Assembly: GCA_029571225.1 (NCBI GenBank)
Contig: JAKPTF010000061.1
Span: forward strand, 3,051-67,050
Length of the DNA: 64,000 bases
Reading direction: 5' to 3'
From: Candidatus Omnitrophota bacterium
GTDB lineage: Bacteria > Omnitrophota > Gorgyraeia > Gygaellales > Profunditerraquicolaceae
The notes below the pieces were generated by a model that was not told the origin of the DNA, made no database searches, and worked only from the letters and a program-made list of their open reading frames with translations. Position numbers and translations under genes: made by a program. Position 1 is the first letter of the stretch, and each line of letters opens with the position of its first letter. Below, piece by piece: positions 8,882-16,962 of the stretch.

Positions 8882-9874
8882 TTACGGGACTTCGACTTCG
8901 CTAAAGATCTTCTTGATGATGTCGTCGGAGGTTTGACTCTCCGCTTCAGCCTCGTACGAGACGATGACGCGGTGGCGCAGCACGTCGGGGCCGATGGATT
9001 TGATGTCCTGCGGAGTCACATAGCCGCGGCCCTGCGTGAAGGCGTAGGCCTTGGCGGCGAGCGTCATGTATATAGTGGCACGGGGAGAGGCGCCGTACTG
9101 GATAAGGCTCGAAAGATCGTCCAGCTTGAACGCCTTGGGGTCGCGTGTCGCAAAGACGATGTCGAGGATGTATTTCTCGATTTTTTCGTCCATGTAGATC
9201 TCATCGACCACAGCGCGGGCGCGGATAATATCCTTGGGCTCGACGACTTTTGCCACGTCGATCTTCTTGTCCGTAAAGCCCATGCGGCGAACGATCGCCT
9301 GTTCCTCGGGCCTCGACGGGTATGAAATATTGATCTTGAGCATGAAACGGTCCACCTGCGCTTCTGGAAGCGGGTATGTCCCTTCCTGCTCGATCGGGTT
9401 CTGCGTTGCCATGACCAGGAACGGCTCGTCGAGTTTATAGGTATTCTCGCCGATCGTGACCTGGCGCTCCTGCATGGCTTCAAGCAGGGCGCTCTGGACC
9501 TTTGCGGGCGCACGATTGATCTCATCAGCAAGGATGATATTCGAAAATATGGGACCCTTTTTTGTCGTAAACGTGCCTTCTTTGGGATTATAGACAAGGG
9601 TTCCGATAAGGTCAGCCGGCAGAAGGTCCGGTGTGAACTGTATGCGCTGGAATTTCGTATTGATGGCGCGCGACAGCGTACTGATGGAAAGCGTCTTTGC
9701 CAGGCCCGGCACGCCTTCGACCAGCAAATGGCCGTTCGCCAGCAGACCCACCAGAAGCCTGTTAACGAGGTAATCCTGGCCCACGATGACCTTACGCATT
9801 TCTGCAGTCAAAGCACTAACAAACGCGCTTTCCTTCTGCACCTTCTCATTCACCGCAGTCAACCCCGTACTCAT
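8882..9874 (-). CDS. moxR: MoxR-family AAA+ ATPase
   Basis: 330 aa. VGQDYLVNRLLVGLLANGHLLVEGVPGLAKT (Walker A), ILADEINRAPAKVQSALLEAMQE (Walker B/sensor). SD GGAGGAAGG upstream. Confidence 0.9.
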   Translation of the reverse strand: MSTGLTAVNEKVQKESAFVSALTAEMRKVIVGQDYLVNRLLVGLLANGHLLVEGVPGLAKTLSISTLSRAINTKFQRIQFTPDLLPADLIGTLVYNPKEGTFTTKKGPIFSNIILADEINRAPAKVQSALLEAMQERQVTIGENTYKLDEPFLVMATQNPIEQEGTYPLPEAQVDRFMLKINISYPSRPEEQAIVRRMGFTDKKIDVAKVVEPKDIIRARAVVDEIYMDEKIEKYILDIVFATRDPKAFKLDDLSSLIQYGASPRATIYMTLAAKAYAFTQGRGYVTPQDIKSIGPDVLRHRVIVSYEAEAESQTSDDIIKKIFSEVEVP

Positions 9875-9887
9875 CCTTCCTCCTTTG

Positions 9888-10021
9888 AAGACGCTTTAGA
9901 TAACTCACGATATGCCAAAAGATTACAATTAAATTCTTTATTGCGAAATTTGATATCAAATTATTGTATTAAGAATTTATTTGCAACTTATTCAACAACA
10001 AATATTTAGCTAAAGCGTCTT
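9888..10021. repeat. 12-bp perfect inverted repeat (AAGACGCTTTAG / CTAAAGCGTCTT) bracketing a 110-nt AT-rich htpG-moxR spacer
   Basis: Arms at 9888-9899 and 10010-10021. The left arm abuts the moxR SD and the right arm abuts the htpG stop codon. Confidence 0.85.
9947..9962. promoter_or_regulatory. 16-bp perfect palindrome AATTTGATATCAAATT upstream of the moxR/bat operon (candidate operator)
   Basis: Self-complementary by direct reading. Centred in the AT-rich spacer about 80 nt upstream of the moxR ATG. Confidence 0.4.
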
Positions 10022-10023
10022 GA

Positions 10024-11874
10024 TTATGAAGTGGCTTGGACCATGATGTCGGTCATGCGCTTGATGAAATCGCTCGATGCCGGCAAGTCACCGTCCACAA
10101 ACAGCGCTCCTTCATATAACTGCTCGATGCATTTGCGGATCATCGGATTATTCGTATCGGAGATATATAATTTCGACAGATTCTTGATGAGCGGATGCTC
10201 GATGTTGATCTCCATAATCCGCTTGGCCTCGCTCTTGTAATCCTTATGCATCAACTTCATCATCTTTTCGAACTGCGGATCGAGCGCGTCCTTTGCCGAA
10301 ACAAGCGTGACCGCAGATTCGACAAGCCGCTTTGACACCACCACATCCTCCACCTTGCCTTTGAGCGTCTCCTTGATCAATTTCAACAGCGACTCGGACA
10401 GTTTATCATCAGGCTTGACGATCTGATCCTGAGGCTTGAGCGCGATATCCGCTTTATCAATGGACTTGACCGGCTTTTTCTCATACTCATGTATCGAAGG
10501 CATGGTGAACACGTCAATGGGCTCGGTCAGGAACAACACCTCAACCCCGTTCTTTTTGAAATATTCCAGCTTTGGATTATGCTCAAGCAGGTCGCGGTTG
10601 TCTCCCGAGAGGTAATATATCTCGGTCTGAAAATCCTTCATGCGAGAGACGTATTCCTTTAGCGACGTCACCTCACCCGCCGGCTTCACGGACGACTCGA
10701 ACCGCAAAAGCTCTATGAGCTTTTCGCGGTTTGCAAAATCGCTATTTAAACCTGTCTTCAATAATACGCCGAAGTTCCTGTAGAATTGCAGATACTTGTC
10801 CTGCTTGTTCTCAGCCCAGTCTTTCAAGAAACCCAGGATCTTTCCTGTCAGGATATCGCGGATCTTTTCCATGACCGGGGTGTATTGCGTGACCTCGCGC
10901 GAGATATTAAGCGGCAGATCTGACGTATCCACAACGCCCTTTGCAAAACGCAAATATTCCGGCAAAAGGTCTTTTGAATCGCTCTGGATCAGGATCTTGT
11001 TCGAGTACAGGTGCAAGGATTTCTCCTTCTGCAGCCACAGGTAATCGAACGGCGCCTTCGCGGGCACGAACAGCAAAGCCTTGAAATTCACAACGCCTTC
11101 GACGGAAACAGGAAAATACCCGAGCGGATCGTCAATATCGTTGGTGAGAAATTTATAGAACTCGTGCGCGTCCTTGTCGGTTATTTCATCCGCCTTGCGC
11201 TGCCAGAGCGCCGTGACCTTATTGATCTTGTTGCCCTTGAGCAGTATCGGGAAGTCAGCGAAATTGGAATACTTCTCTATAATCTCTTTGACACGATATT
11301 CGCTGGAGAACTCTTTCGCGCTCTCCTTCAGGGTGAACGATATGCGCGTGCCCCTGTTCTTTTTATCGAATTCCTCTATCGTAAAGGTCCCTTCGCCCGA
11401 GGACTTCCAACGGTATCCTTTCGAATCAATATCGGCGCTGCGTGTCTCGATCGTGACCTCATCGGTTACCATGAACACAGAATAAAACCCGACCCCGAAC
11501 TGGCCGATGAAATTGCCGTCAATGGATTTTCCCTCTTCCTTCAGCCGTTTGAAGAATTCAAGGGTCCCGGACCTGGCAACCGTGCCGATGTTGTTGACCA
11601 GCTCCTCGTGCGTCATGCCGATGCCGTTATCCTCGATCACGAACGTCTGCTTTTTCTCATCGACCTCTATCTTGATCTGCAATTCATCATCGGGCTCCAG
11701 GATATTCTTATCCGTGAGCCTGCGGAACCGCACCTTGTTCAAGGCATCGGAGGCGTTGGAGATCAATTCGCGCAGGAAAATCTCGGGATGCGTGTACAGG
11801 GAATGAGCAATGATATTGAGCAATTGCTTCATTTCCGCCTTAAATTCGAATGTCTGTGATTGGTGGGCACTCAT
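10024..11874 (-). CDS. htpG: Molecular chaperone HtpG (Hsp90)
   Basis: 616 aa. EFKAEMKQLLNIIAHSLYTHPEIFLRELISNASDALNKVRF and IGQFGVGFYSVFMV are Hsp90 signature stretches. GC is visibly lower (about 46% in sampled lines) than in neighbours (about 57%). Confidence 0.95.
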   Translation of the reverse strand: MSAHQSQTFEFKAEMKQLLNIIAHSLYTHPEIFLRELISNASDALNKVRFRRLTDKNILEPDDELQIKIEVDEKKQTFVIEDNGIGMTHEELVNNIGTVARSGTLEFFKRLKEEGKSIDGNFIGQFGVGFYSVFMVTDEVTIETRSADIDSKGYRWKSSGEGTFTIEEFDKKNRGTRISFTLKESAKEFSSEYRVKEIIEKYSNFADFPILLKGNKINKVTALWQRKADEITDKDAHEFYKFLTNDIDDPLGYFPVSVEGVVNFKALLFVPAKAPFDYLWLQKEKSLHLYSNKILIQSDSKDLLPEYLRFAKGVVDTSDLPLNISREVTQYTPVMEKIRDILTGKILGFLKDWAENKQDKYLQFYRNFGVLLKTGLNSDFANREKLIELLRFESSVKPAGEVTSLKEYVSRMKDFQTEIYYLSGDNRDLLEHNPKLEYFKKNGVEVLFLTEPIDVFTMPSIHEYEKKPVKSIDKADIALKPQDQIVKPDDKLSESLLKLIKETLKGKVEDVVVSKRLVESAVTLVSAKDALDPQFEKMMKLMHKDYKSEAKRIMEINIEHPLIKNLSKLYISDTNNPMIRKCIEQLYEGALFVDGDLPASSDFIKRMTDIMVQATS

Positions 11875-11920
11875 TGATATACTCCTGTTCTCTTTAGTGG
11901 CGGTTTTTTTTCAAGAAAAT

Positions 11921-11948
11921 ATTATATAAAAATTTTAAAACCGGTCAA
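11921..11948 (-). promoter_or_regulatory. sigma70-type promoter for htpG (TTGACC-N16-TATAAT)
   Basis: Minus strand reads CTTGACCGGTTTTAAAATTTTTATATAAT. The -10 lies 46 nt upstream of the ATG, and SD AGGAG follows. Confidence 0.5.
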
Positions 11949-12142
11949 GAAAAAATGGTAGGGAAATATTTCTTTACCGCGGCACAATTGATCAGTGCAA
12001 AATAAATTGTAATTTATTGCGCATCAATGATTTAGCAAAAGCGTCTTATTCTGCTGCTTTTTCTGAAGCGATACCTTGAGTGTCATTCTATTCTCCTGAA
12101 TTATATATCTTTTATTATAGCATAAAGGACGACCAGGAGCAA

Positions 12143-13258
12143 CTAAGAGGCGGCCTGCGGTGCAGAGGCGCGACAGGAGATGTCGCGTATTATGCCGATA
12201 TACGCCCTGGGCTTATGATTCTCATCATGGATGGAAGTGACCCGGAGCTCCACGGCAAACCGCCTGTTGTCGAGATCAAGCATCGTGTACCCGGCCATCG
12301 CAGGATCACGGGTATATGCGGACTGCGTGATAATATCCCATACACGGTGCCAATCCACGGGATCTACGAACATTTCAAACGGAAGGCCGATAATGCTTTG
12401 CGGCCCCGATGCTCCCCGCATTGCCAGCATGGCCTTATTGCCGAAGACGATCCTGCCCTGAAGATCCAGCATGAGGATCGCGTCTGGCGACATTTCGACA
12501 AGCGTGCGGTACCGGTTCTCGGATTCCGCCAGGTCCTGCTCCATTTCCTTGCGCTTGGTCACATTCAAAGCGTATATGCGCGCGTTCTTCGTTTCATCGA
12601 TATAATAGATGGACTGGTGATAATAGGTGTTACCGACCTTGACCTCGCGCTCGTATGCGACCGAGGTGACCTTGGACAGATCATCCCAGATACGTTCCAG
12701 CCCGTTCAGGAACGGATGCAGGAAACCCTCCTGCATTATCGTCGGGAACAGCTGGCGCGCGCGCGGATTCATATAATGGATGACGCCGTTGGGTTCGACC
12801 TCGATGATCGGATTGGGATACCGCTGCGGATAGGACGCCAGCTCGTCGATGATAATCTCGTCCATTTTCTGTTCCCACCGGATGCCGGCCTCCCGCATCT
12901 CCCGTGCGATCGCCGGGACAAGGCGCGTCAGGTTGTTTTTCATAATATAATCGTGCACTCCCGCGCGCATGGCGTCCACTGCGATATCCTCTCCGATACT
13001 GCCCGAGACCACGATAAAGGGCAGATCGATCTTGGATTCCTGCAGGACCCGGAACGCGCTCAAGCCGTCGAACTTCGGCATGATATAGTCAGAAACCACC
13101 ACGTCCCATTTTTCGCGCGCAAGCGCCTCCTTCATGTCCTGCGCGGTCTCGACACGCCTCACAAACGGCTCATATCCGCCCCGCATGATTTCATGAGCGA
13201 TGAGAGTCGCATCGTCCTCGGAATCCTCAACCAAAAGCACCCGTAATGGATTGGACAT
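12143..13258 (-). CDS. Response-regulator receiver domain fused to PAS domains (no DNA-binding or enzymatic output seen)
   Basis: 371 aa. REC: RVLLVEDSEDDATLIAHEI...DVVVSDYIMPKFDG...PFIVVSGSIGEDIAVDAMRAGVHDYIMK. The remainder has two PAS-like segments. Confidence 0.75.
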   Translation of the reverse strand: MSNPLRVLLVEDSEDDATLIAHEIMRGGYEPFVRRVETAQDMKEALAREKWDVVVSDYIMPKFDGLSAFRVLQESKIDLPFIVVSGSIGEDIAVDAMRAGVHDYIMKNNLTRLVPAIAREMREAGIRWEQKMDEIIIDELASYPQRYPNPIIEVEPNGVIHYMNPRARQLFPTIMQEGFLHPFLNGLERIWDDLSKVTSVAYEREVKVGNTYYHQSIYYIDETKNARIYALNVTKRKEMEQDLAESENRYRTLVEMSPDAILMLDLQGRIVFGNKAMLAMRGASGPQSIIGLPFEMFVDPVDWHRVWDIITQSAYTRDPAMAGYTMLDLDNRRFAVELRVTSIHDENHKPRAYIGIIRDISCRASAPQAAS

Positions 13259-13274
13259 AATCCCCCCTTGCTCT

Positions 13275-13691
13275 CTATGCCGGCGGCAATTCGTTCAACA
13301 AAAGCCAATAGATCCCCAGCTCCCGGACCGCAGAAATGAACTGATTGAAGTCAACCGGTTTTTTGATATAACTGTTCGCTCCCGTCATATAACTGCGGAT
13401 CAGGTCCTTGTCTTCCCGCGAGGAAGTCAGCACGACGACCGGCAGGCACCGGGTCCTGTCGTCGGCTCGGATCCTGCGCAATACCTCGATGCCGTCTATC
13501 TTCGGAAGTTTCAGGTCAAGAAGGATGATCGCCGGCCGAATCGTGTCCAGGCCGTGCAGGAACTCAAGCGCCTCGGCCCCGTCATGCGCGACAATAACCT
13601 CATTGGAGATCCTGGTCTGCTGCAACGCCCGCATCGTCAGTGCGATATCATCGGGATTATCCTCTACCAGAAGTATCTTCTTATCGGTCAT
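13275..13691 (-). CDS. Single-domain (CheY-like) response regulator
   Basis: 138 aa. KILLVEDNPDDIALTMRAL...IILLDLKLPKIDGIEVLRRIR...PVVVLTSSREDKD...GANSYIKKP. Confidence 0.85.
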   Translation of the reverse strand: MTDKKILLVEDNPDDIALTMRALQQTRISNEVIVAHDGAEALEFLHGLDTIRPAIILLDLKLPKIDGIEVLRRIRADDRTRCLPVVVLTSSREDKDLIRSYMTGANSYIKKPVDFNQFISAVRELGIYWLLLNELPPA

Positions 13692-13737
13692 ACCGGGCTT
13701 TCTGACGATGCAGGTGCGGCTTAACGTTTTATAAAGG

Positions 13738-13776
13738 AAAAACCCGGCTCCTCCTTTTCAAAGGAAGACCCGGGCC
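13738..13776 (-). terminator. Intrinsic terminator-like hairpin plus U-tract
   Basis: Minus strand: CCCGGGTCTTCCT-TTGAAA-AGGAGGAGCCGGG followed by TTTTTCCTTTAT. The 13-position stem has one G.G mismatch and one G.U pair. Confidence 0.7.
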
Positions 13777-13871
13777 GGAATTTCAGGTAATACCGCAGCT
13801 CTCTCAATACGCTTTACAGGCATGCACACCAGCTGATGATCTGCAGCCTTCAGGCAATCACTGTAATATTT

Positions 13872-13899
13872 ATTGTATCATAAATAAATATTGAGTCAA
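13872..13899 (-). promoter_or_regulatory. sigma70-type promoter with extended -10 (TTGACT-N16-TGaTACAAT)
   Basis: Minus strand: TCTTGACTCAATATTTATTTATGATACAAT. It lies upstream of the 13738-13776 terminator, not downstream of it. Confidence 0.5.
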
Positions 13900-13931
13900 G
13901 AGAAGGAAAGAAATTGCAACTTCAGGAAAAA

Positions 13932-15467
13932 CTAAGACTTAGCCAGAACGTCCGCACGAATGTAATAGAGCTGGCGGCCGATCCGGCGCTTGCGGTAATC
14001 CGTCATGATCAATGCCATGAGGTCCTTATACTCATCGGCCGATATGACCCGGCGATGGTAGAGTTCCAAGAAAAAATCGCGTGTTCCGAACTCGGCGCTC
14101 ATGACCGCAGGCCTGCGAGTGAGTATCTGCCGCGCAAAACCCGGCCCGGCCGCATCGTTCCTGACATCGGCATGGCGCGCGAGAAACACAAACTGCCAGC
14201 TCGAATACAGCCGTGTTGCATCGTGCACAAGGACCGGATGCGCCGGAAGAAGGACAACGCAGGTATCAGAGCCCGTATACCGCATCAACTCAGCTGCAGC
14301 TTTGCGGTCCCGCGCATAATCTCCCGCGCGATGTTTCCATACCGACACGACGTTCGGCGCAAGCAAGAGCCCCAATACGCACCCCGCAACGACCGCATTC
14401 TTCCATCGGGGCCGGAAATCCGATAAACGTTCCCACACCCCTGCCCCGCACACCGCTATCGCACAAAGAAAATACCACAGGCCGTGATAATACAACAACG
14501 GGTCCTGATCCGACATCGTGGTCAAAGAGCTCAACGCGCTTAAAATAACCGCGCACAACAAAAGCGCATATCGCGCCTCGCCGGATGCCCGGTATCGGCG
14601 CGCAAGAACAACACCCCCTCCTATTCCCGCAACAAGATACATAAAGGGAAAATTCGCGCACATCTTCATCTGCCGGGCATTGAACCCGAAGACCCAGTAA
14701 AAGAATTCATCAACGATCCCGGCTGATACCAGATACGCCGCAAGCGGAACAATGCCGGCGCAAAAACCAAGCGCATACGCCATTGCCCGCACTGCCCGCC
14801 CCTGCCGCTGGCCGAAGAATATCGCAATGATTGGCAAAAATACGAGCAGATACTGCTTGGTGATGAACGACATTGCCAGGCCGAATGCCATGCCGCATAC
14901 CGCGCACGCAGCCGGGCCTTTACGGGGAAGATCAAGACATATCGATATTCCGGCGAGCAGAAAGAAAGCCATGAATATATCCGCGCGCAGGATAAAATAC
15001 TGGCCGATAATGGCCGCAGCCGACACGAACAAAAGATACACTGACAATCGCGCCTTCGCCTGCCAGACCTGCGCGGCGATCCGCCAGCCCAGGAGCGCGT
15101 TTGCGACAAATATGAGGCCGGACGCAATACGGGCCATATCAAAGATAGCCGGTGAATGCGGCGCCGCTTTCATAAAGGGCGCCATTATAACGGGCAGGAA
15201 CGGCGAATGATGCTCCCAGAAATCGCGAAACGGCACGAGCCCTTTTGAGATCAGCCAGGCAAAATGCAAAAACGCGATATCATCATGGCTGAAGTTCGAC
15301 ACCGCGCCCCAGGCAAGGAATAACAGGAAGTTCAGACAGATCAAAGGCCATAATTGCCGATATCCGTCCTTCCGGCTCCGATACGCCCACACGACGCACG
15401 CGGCGACCACCGCGGCCCAGATGTAGAAATGGCTCGTTTCCTTGAAACGCATGACAAGTTCAATCAT
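13932..15467 (-). CDS. GT-C fold membrane glycosyltransferase-like protein (ArnT/PMT-like)
   Basis: 511 aa with about 11 hydrophobic segments. A DD motif in the first loop (NFSHDDIAFLHF) is typical of GT-C enzymes. Soluble C-terminal ~130 aa. Confidence 0.5.
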   Translation of the reverse strand: MIELVMRFKETSHFYIWAAVVAACVVWAYRSRKDGYRQLWPLICLNFLLFLAWGAVSNFSHDDIAFLHFAWLISKGLVPFRDFWEHHSPFLPVIMAPFMKAAPHSPAIFDMARIASGLIFVANALLGWRIAAQVWQAKARLSVYLLFVSAAAIIGQYFILRADIFMAFFLLAGISICLDLPRKGPAACAVCGMAFGLAMSFITKQYLLVFLPIIAIFFGQRQGRAVRAMAYALGFCAGIVPLAAYLVSAGIVDEFFYWVFGFNARQMKMCANFPFMYLVAGIGGGVVLARRYRASGEARYALLLCAVILSALSSLTTMSDQDPLLYYHGLWYFLCAIAVCGAGVWERLSDFRPRWKNAVVAGCVLGLLLAPNVVSVWKHRAGDYARDRKAAAELMRYTGSDTCVVLLPAHPVLVHDATRLYSSWQFVFLARHADVRNDAAGPGFARQILTRRPAVMSAEFGTRDFFLELYHRRVISADEYKDLMALIMTDYRKRRIGRQLYYIRADVLAKS

Positions 15468-16854
15468 CGAGCGCCTCCGGCTTGGCCGGCGACTCGCCGG
15501 GAGGATATCCGAGGATTTTTTGCGCTGCCAGGAACCCGCTCATCACGGAATGGTCCATATTGTTATAACAGAACGTCCCATACCTGCCGATGCAATGCAG
15601 ATTCGCGAAATTCTTCACATATCCACTGACGATATCCAACTGCGCCCCGTATCCTTTTTCATACACAGGGTATGCCTTTGCCTGCCTGACGACGCACCCG
15701 TCGGCGACATCGGCCCTGGCGCATAATTTTAACGCCTCGAGCTCCCCTGCGGCCAGTTCCAGGAGCGCCCTATCCGACATCGACCAGAACATATCGCCCT
15801 CATCGCAGAAATATTCCATTGCCAATGACGTCATGCGGCTGTCCGGCACCATGTCCGCGCTCCAGTTCTTGAAGTTCTGGATGCGGGCCACAATGACATG
15901 AGGCGAGTTTATATAGATCCAGTTATCCGGAAATACCGACGGCAGCGAGACAATGCAATTGACCATGACGATGCTGCGGTAGCGCAGCCTGCGGCACGCG
16001 TCGAGGACCGGCCTGGGCGGCGCAGGCTCCAGCAGAGACACCAGTTGTGTCAGGGGCATGCTCGAGCAAAAATCGGTCCCCGCGGCCTCGCTGGTCCGGC
16101 CGGTCCGGGCATCTTTGCACACAACGGATATGATCCTTGCGCCGTCATGGCGCACCAAAACGACTTCATGGCCGAACAACATTTTGCCGTTTTTCTGCTG
16201 GATCCGGCGCGCAGCAGCGTCATACACCATCCCTGCGCCCAGGCGCGGATAATAGAACTCCCTGATCAGCGTTGCGGTGATATTGCCCCTGCCCCTGTTG
16301 CAGGCGTTGCGCACCGCTTCATACAGCGATAAACCCTTGATGCGCTGTTTGCCTACGTCCGATGAAAGCCGCACCGGCAGCAGCCCCCAGACCTTGTGCG
16401 TATAATCCTTGAAGAATATGTCATAGAGTTTCCTGCCGAAACGGTTTATAAGCCACTGCTCGTATCCGGACTCATCGGAACCTTTAAAGATACGGCTGCG
16501 CACGTAGCTCAAAAGGATAGAAACGGATGCGGCAAGGCCGATGCGCGAGAAAATGCTCGCTAGCGTCAGCGGATACATGAAAAAGCCCTGCTTGTAATAA
16601 ATCCTCGACCTGCGGCTCACGACTTTCAGATCGCGCCCGAGGAGCCCCTGCCACCACGACAGCACCGTATTATTCTTCGTATAGAACCGGTGGCCGCCGA
16701 TATCGAAATAATACCCTTTATAGGTGACGGTCCTGCTCAAGCCGCCGGCGCAGTTGTCCTTTTCCAGGACAACCGCATCGACCCCGGCGCCGGCAAGCAT
16801 GTCTGCCGCTGCGAGTCCCGCTGGTCCCGCCCCTATGATGACCGCTTTTTTCAT
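15460..16854 (-). CDS. FAD/NAD(P)-binding oxidoreductase (amine-oxidase / UDP-galactopyranose-mutase-like fold)
   Basis: 464 aa. N-terminal dinucleotide-binding motif MKKAVIIGAGPAGLAAADML...VLEKDNCAGGLSRT. 8-nt overlap with the downstream GT-C gene. Confidence 0.65.
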   Translation of the reverse strand: MKKAVIIGAGPAGLAAADMLAGAGVDAVVLEKDNCAGGLSRTVTYKGYYFDIGGHRFYTKNNTVLSWWQGLLGRDLKVVSRRSRIYYKQGFFMYPLTLASIFSRIGLAASVSILLSYVRSRIFKGSDESGYEQWLINRFGRKLYDIFFKDYTHKVWGLLPVRLSSDVGKQRIKGLSLYEAVRNACNRGRGNITATLIREFYYPRLGAGMVYDAAARRIQQKNGKMLFGHEVVLVRHDGARIISVVCKDARTGRTSEAAGTDFCSSMPLTQLVSLLEPAPPRPVLDACRRLRYRSIVMVNCIVSLPSVFPDNWIYINSPHVIVARIQNFKNWSADMVPDSRMTSLAMEYFCDEGDMFWSMSDRALLELAAGELEALKLCARADVADGCVVRQAKAYPVYEKGYGAQLDIVSGYVKNFANLHCIGRYGTFCYNNMDHSVMSGFLAAQKILGYPPGESPAKPEALDD

Positions 16855-16906
16855 ACTACTATCCTACCAATAATCCCGCCGGTGGCAAGAACTTTGTCGT
16901 ATACGC

Positions 16907-16934
16907 AAAAAAAAGGCCGGACTATGTCCGGCCC
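16907..16934 (-). terminator. Rho-independent terminator ending the TPS operon
   Basis: Minus strand: GGCCGGAC-ATA-GTCCGGCC (perfect 8-bp GC stem) followed by TTTTTTTT. Lies 29 nt after the stop at 16963. Confidence 0.85.
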
Positions 16935-16962
16935 TCAAAATGACAAATTACTGTTACCGAAA

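Noticed and set aside
8120-9325. 401-aa plus-strand ORF spanning the DUF58/moxR junction
   Set aside because: It crosses a gene boundary of two well-supported minus-strand genes and has low-complexity R/D/G/H content. This is a typical antisense open frame in GC-rich coding DNA.
9888-10021. The 12-bp inverted repeat as the htpG intrinsic terminator
   Set aside because: The arms are separated by 110 nt of AT-rich sequence and are not followed by a U-tract. It is kept as a repeat or regulatory observation instead.
12080-13246. 388-aa plus-strand ORF opposite the REC-PAS gene
   Set aside because: The opposite strand carries an unmistakable receiver domain. The plus-strand product has no motif and a skewed composition.
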